Position numbers and translations under genes: made by a program | In this document: piece by piece, positions 12,330-23,835 of the stretch | Position numbering within the stretch: the stretch's first letter is position 1 | Layout: each line of letters opens with the position of its first letter | Origin: Lama glama | Taxonomy: Eukaryota | Assembly (NCBI GenBank): GCA_028534125.1 | Contig: CM052828.1 | Span: 16,182,001-16,246,000 of the forward strand | Direction of reading: 5' to 3' | DNA: 64,000 nucleotides | Notes under the pieces: generated by a model | Database searches by the model: none | What the model was told of the DNA's origin: nothing | What the model saw: only the letters and a program-made list of their open reading frames with translations

Positions 12330-13700
12330 TATTCCAAAAGGGATACAATACAATGATTATAAAAATAATATTTGCATCTTAAAACAGATTTGGCAAATAC
12401 AAAGCAATATGTAAAAATTACCAATAACCCTGCTACCCACACACCGTTACTATTTTTGTACGTTTTTTTGTGTGTGTGCTATGTTATTTTAAAAAATAAG
12501 ATGGATTTGTTCTGTAAATACAATTCCACATTCTGATTTTCCTTATTTAATATACATTGGGCATTTTTGCATGTTACAAAAATTATTTGAAATATGACCT
12601 CTCTCTCTTGCCTCTCCCCAATCACTCTCTCTCTAAGCACTGTTTTATTTCTTTGTTAAAGAACCTGGTCATATTTCCTGTAGAGTTTCCTACAACCTGG
12701 ATTTTGCTCATTGGTTTCTCAGGTTGTCATTTATCACATTCCTCTGGCCCCTATGTTTCCTAAAAATGGGTAGCTTAATCTCAAAGATTCTTGTTTGTTA
12801 CTTTGATAAAGGTGCTTTGTAAGCAGCGCTGTGACCTCCCAGGAGGCACCCAATACCTGGCTGTCTTTCTGTGATGTCAGCAGCCATTGATGACCACTGC
12901 CCAGATCCATTATTTCATTAGGGATTTCCAAGAGGTGATATTCTCATTTGACCATTATTTCTTCACTTGCTAAATGGAGTACTTCTCCAAAGAGAAACTT
13001 CTCCCCCTTGACTACTTAATTATACTGAGATATAGTTCATAGAAGAAAGGCAGGATAAATGCCTAATTTATTCCCTTTATTTGCCAGTTATCAAAATCAT
13101 GAATTAAATGCCAAGCATCATCCAAAGGAAACTAATTAGTTTCTCTAGTATCATTATGAATGGACAGATTTAAACATATTTGATGTGTTTCAACCCACTG
13201 CAGTTATTATTCTTAATCATGCTCCAAGTGCCCCATCTTCAGCCAAAGGGTGCTTCTTCACACTGCTTTCTGAATCCTTATAAAGAGCCTAGCATTTGTT
13301 TCTAGTACTTTTTTAAAAAATGCATCCTTACTTTCTGTTGTGATGAGATGTTCCAGGTTCACGTTAAACATGTTCTGCTCCAGCTCTAGAACCAACCATT
13401 TCTTCAAAGAGATCTAGTTTGTTTGCTTTTAAGCAGGGAAATTTATATAGAAACTACAATCTAGGTTTTATGGTATTCAGTTTTCAGGGTCTTTTCTGTG
13501 GATAGAAATAAGAAACTGCTTTTGCTCTCCCCCTACCTTCCCATTCTGCTCCACCCGCTCCTTAACATAATACCATTGCAATTACTACCATTTGAATTCA
13601 AGATTACAGTATTTTTATTTAACCTCATCAATCTTACACCTGTGGCTCCTTTCTCTTCCACCAATGACACCAATGTAGTTACTCATTTGCTTCATCAACA
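12330..13700 (-). mobile_element. Old L1 (L1MC4/5-like), continues at 15732-16400
   Basis: Characteristic L1MC 3' region motifs (agatccattatttcattaggg, caggataaatgc, tagaaccaaccatttcttcaa). Confidence 0.6.
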
Positions 13701-13712
13701 ATATATACACAT

Positions 13713-14550
13713 TGATGGCCAACAAGCATATGAAAAGATGCTCAACATCACTAATTGTTAGAGAAATGCAAATCAAAACTATAATGCGATATCACCTCAC
13801 ACCAGTCAGAATGGTCATCATTAAAAAGTCTTCAAACAATAAATGATGAAGAGGGCGTGGAAAAAATGGAACCCTCCTACATTGTTGTTGGGAATGTAAA
13901 CTGGTGTGGCCACTATACAGGACAGTATGGAAGTTCCTTAAGAAACTAAAAATAGACTTAACATATGATCCAGCAATTCAACTCCTGAGCATATATTCAG
14001 ATTAAAATATAATTTAAAAAGACACATGCACCCCAATGTTCACAGCGGCACTATTTACAATACNNNNNNNNNNNNNNNNNNNNNNNNNNNNNNNNNNNNN
14101 NNNNNNNNNNNNNNNNNNNNNNNNNNNNNNNNNNNNNNNNNNNNNNNNNNNNNNNNNNNNNNNNNNNNNNNNNNNNNNNNNNNNNNNNNNNNNNNNNNNN
14201 NNNNNNNNNNNNNNNNNNNNNNTAAGCCAGAAAGAAAAAAAAAGCCATATGACATCACTTATATGTGGAATCTAAAAAAAGGACACAAATGAACTTACTT
14301 ACAAAACAGACACAGACTCACAGACATAGAGATCAAACTTATGGTTACCAAGGGTTAAACGGGGTGGGAAGGGATAAATTGAGAATTTGAAAATTGCACC
14401 TTTTGGGAAGTGATGGAAATGTTAGCTATCTTGATTGTGGTAGTGGTTTCATTGGTGTATACATCTATCAAAATTCATCACATTGTACAATTTGAAATAT
14501 GTGTAGTTTACTGTATAGGAAACATATCACAATAAAGGTGTTTAAAAAAA
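13713..14550 (+). mobile_element. Younger L1, 5'-truncated (ORF2 end and 3' UTR; gap 14064-14222)
   Basis: atggccaacaagcatatgaaaagatgctcaacatcactaa...caccccaatgttcacagcggcactatttacaata; ends aataaaggtgtttaaaaaaa. Confidence 0.9.
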
Positions 14551-14559
14551 TATACACAT

Positions 14560-15288
14560 CAAATTACCCCAAAATTTAACAGTTCAGTGCAACCATAAAC
14601 ACTAATTATTTCACAGTTTCTATGGAGCAGCAAATCAGAAGCAGCTTAGCTGCACAATCTGGGTCTGAGTCTCTCATGAGCCTACAGACAGAACATTAGC
14701 CAGAGCTGCTGTCATCTGAAGGTATGAGTGGGGCTGGGAGATCTGCTTCTAAGGGGGCCTACTTACATGACTACCAAAGAGATGCTGGATTTGACAAGAG
14801 ACTTCAGTGGCTCTCAGAGGGCTGCTGGAGGGTCCTGACAGCATGATTTCTGGCTTCCCCCAAAGTGAGTTATTCAAGAATGCAAGGTGTAAATGGCAAT
14901 GCCTTTGGTAGTCTAGCCTCAAAAATCACACTTTGTCTTGTCTATCTCATTCTGTTGTTATAAGTGAATCACTATGTCTGGTTCATATTCAAAGGGAGAA
15001 GACTTACTCTCTAGCCACTGAGAGGGGAATATCAAAGAATTTGCAGGCTTATTTCTTTCCACTTTCTGGTTGCAACTTATTTACATCATAAATGTAAAAC
15101 ATACTCACCCCTTCCAAAGACTCCTCAGAAGTCTTATTCTTTTATAGCATCAGCTTGAAGTCCAGGATCCTGTTACTAAACCAAGTACAGGGGCGGGGGA
15201 GACATCTATGGTGTCCTAGAGTATAGCTCCTTGAGTACAGTTCTGCACAATCTGAAGACCTATGATCTAAAAAGAAACGTTAATTGCC

Positions 15289-15319
<31 letters not shown>

Positions 15320-15731
15320 GCTCAGCTAGGCAGTTCTGTTAGGGAGTTTCTCATAAAGCTGCAGTAAAGAATTTGACCAGGTGGCAGTTATCTGAAGGCT
15401 AGACTAAGGCTGAGGGATCTGCTTCCAAGGTGTCTCATTGCATGGTTGGCAAGTTGCTACCAGCTGTTAGCAGGAGATGTTAGTTCCTTCCCATATGGGC
15501 CTTTCCAGAGGGCTAATGGAATGTCATCACGGCATGAAGTCTGGCCCCAGAGCAAGTGATCCAAGAGCACAATGGGGGAACTGCAATTCCTTTGATGATC
15601 GAGCTTCAGAAATCCTGTATCTTCATTTCCACGCTTTTCATCAGGAGCAAGTCATCAAATCTTGCTCACATTCAAGGGGAGAGAGATTAGGCTTCACCTT
15701 CTGAAAGCAGTGATATATTTTTAAACCACAA
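14560..15731 (-). mobile_element. MaLR (MLT1F-like) two-LTR remnant with a short internal segment
   Basis: Two homologous LTR blocks (14560-15055 and 15320-15731; shared atctgaagg...gatctgcttc..aagg and cattcaagggga-like motifs) separated by MLT1-int-like sequence. Confidence 0.7.
15293..15319. repeat. (AC)13 microsatellite
   Basis: Directly visible. Confidence 0.95.
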
Positions 15732-16400
15732 CAAACACTACCACCAGCAATAAAATTGCTAAAAGTCCTCAAATGTTTTGAACTTCTTTCTGCCTTTAGA
15801 GCATATTTTACTAAGGATTTATGGTCATTTTACTATGTTCCAAAGTCAGTTAAAATTGTCCTCTCTGTGTGCATATGCCACTAACTTGAAAAAGTTGATT
15901 TGTTTTATTTTGTTTTTCACTTCAGGGGATTTTTAAAATTTCTGTTTTATAATTTTATAAAATAATCTCAAAGTTTCAAAGTCCAAGTACAGAACAAGGT
16001 ATATTCAGAGAAGTCTACCTTCATTTCTGTCCCTACCACGCTCTTCCCTTCTGTCCCCTGTAAGTAACTTTTAGTTTTAAATTTATTCTCCCATTATTAA
16101 AACATAAACAAATAAATACATATCCTCCATTCTAAGATAAATATTTGTATATTATGCACATGATTCTACACATTGCATTTTTTATCTACCAGTATAACCC
16201 GAATTCATTTCTTAGCAGTTTTTGGAGATAACTGTCATTTCTTTTTATGGCTAATGGCCACCATTATATAAATATAGTTTATCCAATCAGTACCCTATGG
16301 AGGAATAATGTGGAGGTTTCTAGTCTTCTATTACTACAAATAGTCTTGCAATGAATAGCTTTATGCCTATGTCTTCCTATATTTTTTCCAGAAACATTTT
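15732..16400 (-). mobile_element. Old L1 (L1MC-like) continuation
   Basis: T-rich L1 antisense motifs. Confidence 0.55.
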
Positions 16401-16489
16401 TTTTAACATTTTTCTCCAATTTTATTTATGAAACTAAAATCAGTGGTTTAAAATTTTAACTTCATTGATGTGTGGTTTCTAAAACATGC

Positions 16490-16588
16490 TTTTTAAAACT
16501 GAAGTCTAGTCAGTTTACAATGTTGTATCAATTTCTGGTGTACAGCATAATGTTTCAGTCATACATAGACGTACATATATTCATTTTC
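16490..16588 (-). mobile_element. Young L1 extreme 3' end (about 100 bp)
   Basis: Reverse complement tgactgaaacattatgctgtacaccagaaattgatacaacattgtaaactgac resembles 33037-33095. Confidence 0.75.
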
Positions 16589-16879
16589 TAGGAATATATT
16601 CTTATACCTATAATTTATTCCATGTTGTGGACAGATGCACCTTTAATTATTTAAGCCTACTTCTACTGTGGACACATAGATTCTTTCTATTTTTCGGGTA
16701 GTATATATGATACAACAATGAACATCCTTACACTTAAATCTTTGACGACATTTCTGGTTATAAGATCTACATTCCTAGGAATTTAGTTAGTAGGTCAAAG
16801 TTTATGAATCTTTTTGGCAGCTGATGCATATTGTCAAATTGTTTGCAAGAAAAGGGTGCAAAAATATAACACTCAGAGG

Positions 16880-17130
16880 CAGGAAATCTCAGTATCTGGC
16901 ACTGGAGAAATCTGGGTCAGGTCCTACCTTTCCTGTTTACTAGTTGAGTGACCCAAGACAACTTAATTTTCCTGAGCCACAGCTTCTTCGTCTGGAAATG
17001 AGAACAAGTATCTGATGGGGCTGCTGTAGAGAGGAAAATAAGATCTTTGATTATGGATGAACTGGACTACACAGGCCAAGTATTTAGCACAGTGCCTGAC
17101 ATCCATCAAGCATTCACATGTTTGTTATTC
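16880..17130 (+). mobile_element. MIR SINE
   Basis: tttactagttgagtgaccc..cctgagccacagcttc..tttagcacagtgcctgaca. Confidence 0.65.
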
Positions 17131-17710
17131 TTCTTCTTACCACCAGCAGATGAGAATGTCAGTCTCAATGAAGAGTCAAGAGCCCTGGATAGTACTGTTT
17201 AAAAATAAAAATGTGCCAATTTGACATGTAAAAGACGCTGTCTTGTTTTAATGCCTGTCTTTGATTTCCAGTTCTGTTGAACATTTATCATTCATTTTTG
17301 AATTTTTAAATTCCTTCTTCTGTGTACTCTGTTTATATTCTTTGTCTATTTTTTTCCTACATAACTTTAGTTTTTTAAAATGCATATCCAAAAGTTCTTT
17401 ATTAGGAATACAAATCTTTTGTTGTCATAATTCCTGCAAATATATCCATTAATATTTTGGGTTTTTCCAATGTCAGTTCTTAGACATTACTTTGACATAG
17501 AGTTTAACACTTTATGTAATCAAGTATTTTCCTTTTGACATTACTTCAGTAGAGTTTTTAAATCTTTATGAATACTTCACTATTTCAAAATTCAATTATG
17601 TGCTCATCCATGTTATGTTAGTATATTGGGGGCATATATCTTACAGATAGAAAAGTGCACTGATCGTAAGTTCACAGCTCGAAGAATTTCCACAAAATGG
17701 ACATATGCAC

Positions 17711-18149
17711 TGTATTGTTTGCCAGGGCTTCCATAACAAAGTACCACGAACTACACAGAAACCTACTGTCTGACATTCTAGAGACTTTTGAGAAGCCTAG
17801 TGTCAAAGCGTCAGCAGGGCTGGCTCCTGCTGGAGGCTGTGAGGGGGAATCCGTCTCCCTGGCTTCTGGTGGTTGCTGGTCATCTTTGGTCTTCCTGAGC
17901 CTGCAGATGTATTGTCTCATCTCTGCCTTCATGTTCACACGACATTCTCCCTGTGCGTATGTCTCTATATCAAAACTCTCCCTTTGTATATGAACACTAG
18001 CCATGTTGGATTAGAGCTCACACTAGTGACCTCGTTTTAACTTCATGACCTCTGTAATGACCCTATTTCCAAATAAGGTCACATTCGGAGGTACTGGGGG
18101 TTAGGGCTTCAACATAACTGTTTCTAGGGAAACAATTCAACCCACAACA
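17711..18149 (-). mobile_element. MaLR LTR (MLT1C-like) nested in an old antisense L1 (about 17640-18750)
   Basis: TG...CA ends; ccataacaaagtaccac; ccctatttccaaataaggtcacattc; caattcaacccacaaca. Confidence 0.85.
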
Positions 18150-18769
18150 TTCATGAAACTAGAACACAGATCAAGAAACAATCCATCTACCTGACGTCCC
18201 CATTCGGCTATAACCCCTTGGCAAGGTTACCGCTCTCCTGATCTCACACACCATCGATAACCTTTTCTGTGTTCTTGAACTTCATGTAGATGGAGTCACA
18301 CAAGATGTATTCTCTTGTGTCTGGCTGCTCTACCTCAAAGCTGTATCAGTGAGATCCATCCACGGTCTTGCATTGTTGTATGTAGCATTAGTTTACTCTT
18401 TTTTATTTTCATGTAATATTTAACAAGAGGAAAAATCATGTAATTTTTCCATTTTATTGTTGATAGATACTCAGGTTGTTTCCAGTTTTTACCTATCGTG
18501 AGTACAGTTGCTATGAAACTATACTCTGAATATGCTGCAATGAAAATTCTGGTACAAGCCCTTTGGTGGGCACATGCACACCACCTCCACTGGGCATATG
18601 GAGTGGACTTTCTGGGTCACAGGATAGCCACATGTTTGGCTTTAGTAGATGCTTCCAAACAGTTTTCCAAAGTGGTTTCCAGCAGTGTATGAAAATTTTG
18701 GTTGTTCCACGTCCTCACCAGCACTTTGGGTTGACTTGGACAAAATTTTTTTGATGAGATGATAATGAT

Positions 18770-18990
18770 GATGATAACAGTTTCTCATTAAATTTATTAT
18801 GAAAAGCACTTATTGGGCTGGTTATTTTACTTATATTATCTCACTTAATCTTTAAACTACTTTTCTAGGGCGCTATTAGCTTCATTTTACAGACAAACAC
18901 AATTAAGCACCAGTGAGATTACATAATTTGCCCAGAGTAACTGTAAGTAGCAATGTAAACTTTGAATCCAAATTGGTCTGATCACCCACG
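18770..18990 (-). mobile_element. MIR SINE
   Basis: attatctcacttaatc, cattttacagac, taatttgcccagagt, tttgaatcca. Confidence 0.6.
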
Positions 18991-19489
18991 TTGGAGACTT
19001 TGTAGTCCAGATAAAATGCAAGTCTGGTGGCTATGGAGGTGAAGGGAAGCCCTGGGCATCACGTGCAGCAGGAGGGGATTGGCATGGCTACTGCAGAGGG
19101 GCACACTTAGCAGCAAGAGGCAAACACAGCTCTACATCTCTACCTGAAGGTTAGTTGGTGCCACCCTATTTTGGGGACATAAACTTGAGCATCTGTTACT
19201 AGGGTCAGCTTCAGACATTTCCCGATGGATGATTATTTTGAGGACTGATTCTGAGAAGAGATGGGTATGCTTGATATTTTTAAATAGAGTGATGTAAAGC
19301 AGTTTTAGAATAGACAGTTAGAGCAAGAGATCAGGTCTGGGATTAAGGAAAAGTATCCCTAACAGCAGGTCTGTGGCACTGTTCTGACCACCGATGACTC
19401 CTAAACCCTTCAGCCCTCATTCCCAGCCCAGTGTCCAGGTAATGCCACGAATACCTACCCTCAAGAACACAGTAGTCCACTATTATCTT

Positions 19490-19680
19490 GCTCTGCTTTG
19501 AGTCAAGCACTGTGCTGGTTTCTTCCAGATACATCATCTTAGTCTTCACAGTTACCTTGAGAGAGAAATAAATTTCTATTATCCCCAAGTTACAGGTGTG
19601 GGAACTGAGCTCAGTGGGGTTTTAAGAAACCTGTCTGAGGTTACTCAAAGGGAGAAACAAACAGCACAGCAGTCCCATTC
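19490..19680 (-). mobile_element. MIR SINE
   Basis: caagcactgtgct, tattatccccaagttacaggtgtgggaactgagctcag. Confidence 0.6.
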
Positions 19681-20149
19681 TAACAGAGGATGGAGAAGGG
19701 GGAAGTCTGGTCCCTCCTGAATTATGAATTGTGTCTTTAAGGAATCTATGGAAGGATATGCTCACTTGAAACAAAAAGAAAGATGGCAACAAAAGAACAC
19801 TGAATGTTTTTCTGCTGAACTGGTGAAAGCATGTTCTGGAAAATGAAAACTTCAGAAAGAAAACTCTGGTATTGTGGGCCAGCAATTCTTATCAATGAAC
19901 CATACAATGAGTGGGTCCAGGGACTCATCTCCTATAAAAGTATCACATTTGTAAGGTTCTAATCAATTCCAATATTGTCATCTTCAAGTTTTGTGACTGT
20001 GCAATTACTTTAGAAAGTATAAAGTTTCCACTTTAATTGGCACTTGGCTTATTTGTTTCTTATTGGTTTGGTTTTAAACTCAAGTTAAAATAAACAGCTG
20101 GTTTAAATTCAAGGTAAAACTCTGTCCTGGTTTCAGGAAACCTGTGCAT

Positions 20150-21556
20150 TTTTTCCCTCTATATTTTAATCAGTAGTTGGTTTAACTGACTGAGCAGGTA
20201 CAGACACAGGTGTCCCAGGTGCGTGTATGCTTTGCCTACATTACAACCTAAGCACTGTAGCCAGAGCGGAGCGGGAGCCAATTAGGAAAGAGCAATGGGC
20301 TCACACTCTGGGCGTAATTCACACCCAAGGCTGATGCTCACCCAGATTCACTGGGTCTGGCCTGACTTCCCATCGGAGAAACAACCAAAGAGGACAGGAA
20401 ACATAACACATGCAACTCCCTGCTTCCATTACAAGGACTCACTAAGCAATCAGAGCTCGTCCCCCAACACCCTAAGGCTCTTCAAGTACCACTACGCAGG
20501 GGCCAGTCTTCCAGAACCAGTGGGCATGCTTAGCACCTACACCAGCCCATTCTGGAGAGAGAGGGAGTGCAGTCTGAGGACTGGAATGCCCTCTGCCTGC
20601 TCCAGCACAGAAATGTGCTGCTGGCATTCGCAGAGACAAGCAAATGATNNNNNNNNNNNNNNNNNNNNNNNNNNNNNNNNNNNNNNNNNNNNNNNNNNNN
20701 NNNNNNNNNNNNNNNNNNNNNNNNNNNNNNNNNNNNNNNNNNNNNNNNNNNNNNNNNNNNNNNNNNNNNNNNNNNNNNNNNNNNNNNNNNNNNNNNCTCT
20801 GTGTAGGTTTTTCTGTGTGTGCATTCATGCATCAGGGATTTCATTATTTTTAGAAGCATACTCTGTACATTTTTATGCTTTAATATTTTCAGGCTTCAGT
20901 AATTACAGTATTATGGATATAGATACATATTCTCCCCCCTCAGCTCCAAATGCATTTATTTGTCAGGAATTCTTTTTCTTTGATAAAGAGTGGAGAGTAA
21001 GATTTATCAAGGGGCTGAAATCCAAATTGCAAAGAGAGAGCACAAGATTGAAAGATGCATGTTTCTGCTGCTGCCAAATCCTTATCTGGAATCGGAGGAG
21101 TCTTGTAATATTTGATTTTCTCCCAAGCAGCTCTGGTGAATCGAGCCACGATCTGCATTATCCATCTGCCTACTTTGGAGCAGGGTGTTTTACTATTTGG
21201 CGGTTTAAATGCTTTANNNNNNNNNNNNNNNNNNNNNNNNNNNNNNNNNNNNNNNNNNNNNNNNNNNNNNNNNNNNNNNNNNNNNNNNNNNNNNNNNNNN
21301 NNNNNNNNNNNNNNNNNNNNNNNNNNNNNNNNNNNNNNNNNNNNNNNNNNNNNNNNNNNNNNNNNNNNNNNNNNNNNNNNNNNNNNNNNNNNNNNNNNNN
21401 NNNNNNNNNNNNNNNNNNNNNNNNNNNNNNNNNNNNNNNNNNNNNNNNNNNNNNNNNNNNNNNNNNNNNNNNNNNNNNNNNNNNNNNNNNNNNNNNNNNN
21501 NNNNNNNNNNNNNNNNNNNNNNNNNNNNNNNNNNNNNNNNNNNNNNNNNNNNNNNN
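20150..21556 (+). promoter_or_regulatory. Putative SIAH3 promoter region (two assembly gaps)
   Basis: Repeat-free DNA directly upstream of exon 1, with a CCAAT box near 20278. The gap 21217-21556 probably hides the TSS. Confidence 0.5.
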
Positions 21557-21656
21557 CTGGAGCATAGTGTCTCAGATTCTGCGCTCCTTCCAGAGCCCAA
21601 GGACTTACAGCTTCCTCCGCTGCCTTCCTGTGCCAACAACCCCCCAAAAAGTTGTG
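21557..21656 (+). other. SIAH3: SIAH3 exon 1 5' UTR (visible part; 5' end probably in the N-gap 21217-21556)
   Basis: Unique, ATG-free sequence immediately upstream of the start codon. Confidence 0.65.
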
Positions 21657-21791
21657 ATGCTTTTCTTCACCCAGTGCTTTGGGGCTGTGTTAGATCTCAT
21701 TCACCTCCGCTTTCAGCACTACAAGGCTAAACGGGTGTTCTCCGCCGCTGGGCAACTTGTCTGCGTTGTAAACCCCACACACAACCTAAAG
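21657..21791 (+). CDS. SIAH3: SIAH3 coding exon 1 (codons 1-45); partial CDS, exon 2 lies beyond the window
   Basis: Translation MLFFTQCFGAVLDLIHLRFQHYKAKRVFSAAGQLVCVVNPTHNLK matches my recall of the mammalian SIAH3 N-terminus. ATG at 21657 has G at -3. The exon ends AAG|GTGAGT, a canonical phase-0 donor at 21792. Confidence 0.95.
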
Positions 21792-22600
21792 GTGAGTCGC
21801 TCTCTGTCCTTTGATGTGCACGCGGCTGGGGATCAAGTCCTTCCTCCAGGGGCATCAGCGACCCTGACCCTCCCGCGAGCGAGTGGAGCTCAGGGCAAAG
21901 GCTTGCTGGCGGGTGCCAGGACAGTAGGGTACCCAGAGCCAGTGCCTTGCTCATTCTCTTGGTGGCTGGACGCTCTCGGTGACAGTGTGATGTTTCCCTG
22001 CCTGGCAACTACAGTGAGAGTGTTGTTTCTTTTCCCTAAGCTGTCAGCCTAGCAGTGGGGTGGGGGTCAGAAGTGAGGGTGGTGGAGGGAGTAGGGGTGT
22101 CCCCCTCTCTCTCCCAAATATTTGTGAGCAAGTGTTTAGGAGACAGGATTTGAAAAGTTACCCAAACTGCAGTCTGTCCGTGTGCTGGAAAGGCAGGCAA
22201 GCACATGGATTTAGGATGCCCCTCTGGCTGCACTGAAGCAGCTGCGGTCGGTCGTGGGGGGCCAGAAACCCCGAGGCAGGGATCTGGGAGTTGGGGAGGG
22301 GGCTTCTTCTGCAAAGTGTTTTTCCTTGTGCTCAGACTCCCAGTGAGTGTGGGGGTTGGGGATGGGTGAGGAGGAGTTTGTCTTCTTTCCTTCCTGCGAG
22401 CTAGATGTGCCTGGTGCTCTGAGGACAGGAGGAGGCAGAGCTGCTTCTATGGTATCATAATGAAACTGGCTCGGAGCGGCTGCTGCCTGAATCACTCACC
22501 GCGGGCGCTGCGGGTGCCTTGCTGCTGGGGCCACTGGGCTACGCGTCTGGCGCCGCTGCCTCTGCGTTTGTGCCTTCAGGTCAATGCCCTTTCAGAGAAC
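21730..22600. promoter_or_regulatory. CpG-enriched exon 1 / intron 1 proximal region
   Basis: CpG density is visibly higher than in the flanks, e.g. about 11 CpGs in 22470-22570. Confidence 0.5.
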
Positions 22601-23206
22601 AGCCAAAACAGGGGATGGGGGATCGCTCTACATCACAGCCAGGACTGAGGGGGAAATGAATGAAGAGTCACTGGCTTGGGGTGGCAGAGAAGATGGGAAG
22701 GCAGGGTGGTAGAGGGAGGTGGGAAGGCGCAGCTGAAATCCCCCAATGTGAAAGTCTGAGCCGACTGGCTCTGTCCCAAAATAAAGGATGGACTCCTTGA
22801 GAGTTGCATTCCTGTCCTCATTATCCCCAAGGCTGAGTGACGGGGGAAGGGCACGTCTGCTGCTGAGCAACAGAACAGCCTCTGCAAGAATAGATTTTTC
22901 ATTCTGACCACTGCTGTTGGGCAGGAAGTGTTGCTTGTTGGTCATCACTTTATAAACTCCTAGAGTCAGACTCTCTTCAGCTGGAGCCCTGAAGGCCAGT
23001 GCTGATGGGTTACTCCACCACCCCCTCAATTCCTGGAAGTCCCCAGGGGGGAAAGCTGCCTGGCGCCCCTGGGGCCATTCACCAAGGCCAGTCCTGAGTG
23101 GAGGGCTGAGGGACGACCCGGGGATCGCTATGCTGCTCCTGATCTAGGACCTGGCTTTCTGTGGTACCCAAGCTGTGATAACACCATCTCACTCAACCGC
23201 TCCCCC

Positions 23207-23230
23207 TCTCCCTCTCTCTCTCTCTCTCTT
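23207..23230. repeat. (CT)n polypyrimidine repeat
   Basis: Directly visible. Confidence 0.7.
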
Positions 23231-23649
23231 TCCCCCCTCATTCCCTCATTTCTTTTTCCTTTCATGGCTCAGTTTTATAAATGAGAATTCCCCTCCCCGC
23301 CCTAGTCATCCTTGGTAAAGCAAGTGTATGATGTACATATTAAAATACGATTCTGAATTCCATTTTATGGCCACTTTTGAAACCGCATTCAAACTCCCGT
23401 TATTTTGTCACTTTACATTAGTTAGTTCCCTGTGGCAAGAAATTTTGTTTATTCCTGTTTTGCATTTTAAAACCTTTCCATGTTGTTTGTGAGGCTTAGC
23501 ATTTTCAAAGTTTGAAAGTATATGGTTCATGGGCTGCAGCTGATGATGGCAGGGGAGACGGGTGCTAAGATCTAGCTGTGGGGGGGAGTGAAAAGCATCT
23601 GTGTGCATGTTTCAGTGATGTCAGCCTGGATGCTGATAGGCAGTCCTGC

Positions 23650-23835
23650 CACCCAGACCCAGGAGTCCAAAGTCAGTGTTGGAGTCTTTGGGTCGGCACT
23701 GACCAGCTGCATGACGTGACCTTGAATGACTCAACCTCTCTGAGCCCTCCCTTCCTGACCTTCCAAATGGACGTATGAATCTCTATCCTGCCTCCTCCAT
23801 GGCTCTGTGAGGCTGAAAAGAGATACTCGAGGTAG
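23650..23835 (+). mobile_element. MIR SINE
   Basis: gtgaccttgaatgactcaacctctctgagccctcccttcctgaccttccaaatgg. Confidence 0.55.

Noticed and set aside
14398-16588. Possible inversion separating the young L1 body from an antisense L1 3' end
   Set aside because: The old L1MC host appears to keep the same orientation on both sides, so independent insertions are more parsimonious.
20295-22052. 585-aa ORF
   Set aside because: Artefact of reading through two N-gaps; only 21657-21791 is recognisable coding sequence.
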